Below, piece by piece: positions 58,922 to 64,000 of a DNA stretch of 64,000 bases. The notes under the pieces are model-generated. The model had not been told where the DNA came from. It worked only from the letters and a program-made list of their open reading frames with translations, and searched no databases. Every line of letters starts with the position of its first letter. Within the stretch, counting starts at the first letter, position 1. A program made the position numbers and the translations under genes. The DNA comes from Escherichia coli (GTDB lineage Bacteria > Pseudomonadota > Gammaproteobacteria > Enterobacterales > Enterobacteriaceae): NCBI RefSeq assembly GCF_013315695.1, contig NZ_CP054353.1; one strand, given 5' to 3'.

Positions 58922-61292
<2,371 letters not shown>

Positions 61293-61297
61293 GGCGA

Positions 61298-62197
61298 TCA
61301 CTCCATCATCTTCTCAATCGGCAGGACCAGGATTGAACTGGCACCCAACGCTTTCAGTTTTTCCATCGTTTCCCAGAACAGGGTTTCGCTACTCACCATG
61401 TGCATCGCTACGCGCTGTTGGTCACCCGCCAGCGGCAGAATGGTTGGGCGTTCGGCACCTGGCAGCAGGGCGATGACTTCATCCAGGCGTTCGGTCGGTG
61501 CGTGCATCATGATGTATTTTGATTCGCGCGCCTGGATCACACCCTGAATACGGGTCAGCAGTTTGTCGATCAGTTGCTGTTTGGATTCTTCCATTTCGCC
61601 ATCGCGCTGGATCAGGCAGGCTTTCGAGCGGTAGATAACTTCGACTTCGCGCAGGCCGTTAGCTTCCAGCGTGGCACCGGTGGAAACCAGATCGCAAATC
61701 GCATCCGCCAGTCCGGCACGCGGCGCAACTTCGACAGAACCGTTCAGTAAGCAGGATTTAAAAGAGATACCTTTCTGATCGAGATAACGCTTGAGCAGGT
61801 GAGGATAAGAGGTGGCGATACGTTTACCGTTTAAGGAGAGCGGACCGTCCCAGGCTTCATCAACCGGCGTTGCCAGTGAAAGTCGGCAGCCGCCGAAATC
61901 CAGACGACGCAGGGTAAAGTAGCGCGGATCTTCACCCTGGGCTCGGCGGTTAAGCAGCTCTTCTTCCAGCACGTTTTCGCCGATAATCCCAAGGTCTACC
62001 ACGCCGTCCATTACCAGACCGGGAATGTCGTCGTCACGCACGCGCAGAATATCAATCGGCATGTTTTCTGCCATCGCGATCAGGCGCTGGGTGTGAAGAT
62101 TGATTTTAATGCCACAGCGCGCCAGTAATTCGCGTGAGTCATCACTTAAACGGCCGGATTTCTGCATAGCTATGCGTAAACGAGTGTTGTCTGTCAT
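61298..62197 (-). CDS. hisG: ATP phosphoribosyltransferase
   Basis: ORF track ends at 62236; trimmed to [25 protein letters not shown]..., 299 aa. Confidence 0.96.
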
Positions 62198-62244
62198 TTT
62201 CTTATTCCTCTTTAAACCTGTCTGAACCGTTATCAACCGCGCAA

Positions 62245-62280
62245 TAAAAAAGCCCCCGGAAGGTGATCTTCCGGGGGCTT
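62245..62280 (-). terminator. his operon attenuator terminator (leader region)
   Basis: On the minus strand: GCCCCCGGAAGATCACCTTCCGGGGGC hairpin followed by TTTTTT, between hisL and hisG. Confidence 0.8.
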
Positions 62281-62342
62281 TCTCATGCGTTCATGCACCA
62301 CTGGAAGATCTGAATGTCTTCCAGCACACATCGCCTGAAAGA

Positions 62343-62393
62343 CTAGTCAGGATGATGGTGATGATGGTGGTGTTTAAATTGAACGCGTGTCAT
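62343..62393 (-). CDS. hisL: his operon leader peptide (MTRVQFKHHHHHHHPD)
   Basis: Minus-strand ATG at 62393; 16 codons including seven consecutive His codons, then TAG. Confidence 0.9.
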   Translation of the reverse strand: MTRVQFKHHHHHHHPD

Positions 62394-62642
62394 AAAAGTC
62401 TCTGTGAATGTTTATTCAACTGATGTCTTTTAACCTAAACCACTTTCACGTTAGAAAGCAAGGGCTTTTTTATATATTTTATGGCGATAGATTTGTTTAA
62501 TGAATGAGCGGGGAAAGAAGGGGGCTAAGAGGACTGTCCTCTAACTTGACAGCACCAAAAAGAGCAAAGTCTGATTTTTCGTCTCGCTGACAATGTCTTG
62601 ATCTACAAACTAATTAATAAATAGTTAATTAACACCCATCAT

Positions 62643-62660
62643 TGTACAATGAACTGTACA
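62643..62660 (+). promoter_or_regulatory. yefM-yoeB operator: palindromic TGTACA repeats
   Basis: TGTACAATGAACTGTACA just upstream of the AGAGGAG RBS of yefM. Confidence 0.6.
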
Positions 62661-62675
62661 AAAGAGGAGATTGAC

Positions 62676-62927
62676 ATGCGTACAATTAGCTACAGCGAAG
62701 CGCGTCAGAATTTGTCGGCAACAATGATGAAAGCCGTTGAAGATCATGCCCCGATCCTCATTACTCGTCAGAATGGAGAGGCTTGTGTTCTGATGTCACT
62801 CGAAGAATACAACTCGCTGGAAGAGACGGCTTATCTACTGCGTTCCCCCGCTAACGCCCGGAGATTGATGGACTCAATCGATAGCCTGAAATCAGGCAAA
62901 GGAACGGAAAAGGACATTATTGAGTGA
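62676..62927 (+). CDS. yefM: Type II antitoxin YefM
   Basis: ORF track starts at 62649; trimmed to [64 protein letters not shown]..., 83 aa. Confidence 0.93.
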
Positions 62928-63178
62928 AACTAATCTGGTCTGAGGAATCATGGGATGATTATCTGTACTGGCAGGAAACAGATAAGCGAATTGTTAAAAA
63001 GATCAATGAACTTATCAAAGATACCCGCAGAACACCATTTGAAGGTAAGGGGAAACCAGAACCCCTGAAACATAATTTGTCAGGTTTCTGGTCCCGACGC
63101 ATTACAGAGGATCACCGTCTGGTATACGCGGTTACTGATGATTCACTGCTCATTGCAGCATGTCGTTATCATTATTGA
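62924..63178 (+). CDS. yoeB: Type II toxin YoeB (RelE-fold mRNA interferase)
   Basis: 84-aa [36 protein letters not shown]..., overlapping the yefM stop. Confidence 0.93.
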
Positions 63179-63260
63179 AGAGATTCATTCATAGAATGAA
63201 TTGTCAGTTTTGATACGCTAGCGTAGCCTTATAGATCTAAGGTGTATCAGGAGATAACGG

Positions 63261-64000
63261 ATGAAAAAGGTCGCAATTGTCGGGTTAGGGTGGTTAGGCA
63301 TGCCGCTGGCGATGTCACTTTCAGCGCGAGGCTGGCAAGTCACCGGGAGTAAAACCACACAAGATGGTGTCGAAGCGGCCCGAATGAGTGGCATTGACAG
63401 CTATCTGCTTCGCATGGAGCCTGAGTTAGTTTGCGATTCTGACGATCTGGATGCCCTGATGGATGCCGATGCGCTGGTCATTACGCTTCCGGCACGTCGT
63501 AGCGGCCCCGGCGATGAGTTCTATTTACAAGCGGTACAAGAGTTAGTGGATAGCGCGCTGGCCCATCGTATTCCCCGAATTATTTTTACCAGCTCAACGT
63601 CTGTCTATGGCGACGCGCAAGGCACGGTGAAAGAAACCACCCCGCGTAATCCGGTAACCAACAGTGGACGAGTATTAGAAGAACTCGAAGACTGGCTGCA
63701 CAATTTACCCGGTACTTCGGTCGATATTCTGCGTCTTGCGGGTCTTGTCGGACCGGGACGTCATCCCGGACGCTTCTTTGCCGGAAAAACCGCCCCTGAT
63801 GGTGAACATGGTGTTAATTTAGTCCATTTAGAAGATGTTATTGGCGCTATCACTCTGTTGTTACAGGCACCTAAAGGCGGACACATCTATAATATATGTG
63901 CGCCAGCTCACCCTGCGCGTAATGTTTTCTATCCGCAGATGGCCCGTTTACTGGGGCTGCAACCTCCGCAGTTCAGAAATAGTCTGGACAGCGGCAAAGG
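63261..64000 (+). CDS. yeeZ: NAD-dependent epimerase/dehydratase family protein YeeZ, N-terminal part; runs off the window end
   Basis: ATG at 63261 after GGAGATAACGG RBS; MKKVAIVGLGWLGMPLAMSLSARGWQVTGSK... (Rossmann fold). No stop before the window end. Confidence 0.8.
   Translation, partial: MKKVAIVGLGWLGMPLAMSLSARGWQVTGSKTTQDGVEAARMSGIDSYLLRMEPELVCDSDDLDALMDADALVITLPARRSGPGDEFYLQAVQELVDSALAHRIPRIIFTSSTSVYGDAQGTVKETTPRNPVTNSGRVLEELEDWLHNLPGTSVDILRLAGLVGPGRHPGRFFAGKTAPDGEHGVNLVHLEDVIGAITLLLQAPKGGHIYNICAPAHPARNVFYPQMARLLGLQPPQFRNSLDSGK

Overview
This window reads as an Escherichia coli-type chromosomal segment, in reverse orientation relative to the K-12 map. All calls rest on reading the translated ORFs and on remembered protein families; no database search was possible. 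Left to right: the 5' end of mdtA (minus strand, runs off the window), two tandem ibs/sib type I toxin-antitoxin repeat units, the yegL-yegK-yegI triad (vWA protein / PP2C phosphatase / Ser-Thr kinase), yegD, alkA, a dgcE (yegE) gene split by a 7-bp repeat expansion, udk, dcd, asmA, a small islet with a frameshifted HigB/Gp49-like toxin and an XRE antitoxin, yegH, the complete colanic acid cluster (wza to wcaM), galF, a non-K-12 O-antigen cluster (rmlBDAC, wzx, UDP-GlcNAc 2-epimerase, wzy, three glycosyltransferases; AT-rich), gnd, ugd, wzzB, the his operon hisLGDCBHAFI (minus strand), yefM-yoeB and the start of yeeZ. No rRNA, tRNA, CRISPR array, integrase or IS element was seen. Most of the window is well-known core genome; the observations most worth a second look are the dgcE frameshift, the toxin-antitoxin islet between asmA and yegH, the vWA-phosphatase-kinase triad and the O-antigen variable region. 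Coordinates of non-coding features are approximate (a few bp).
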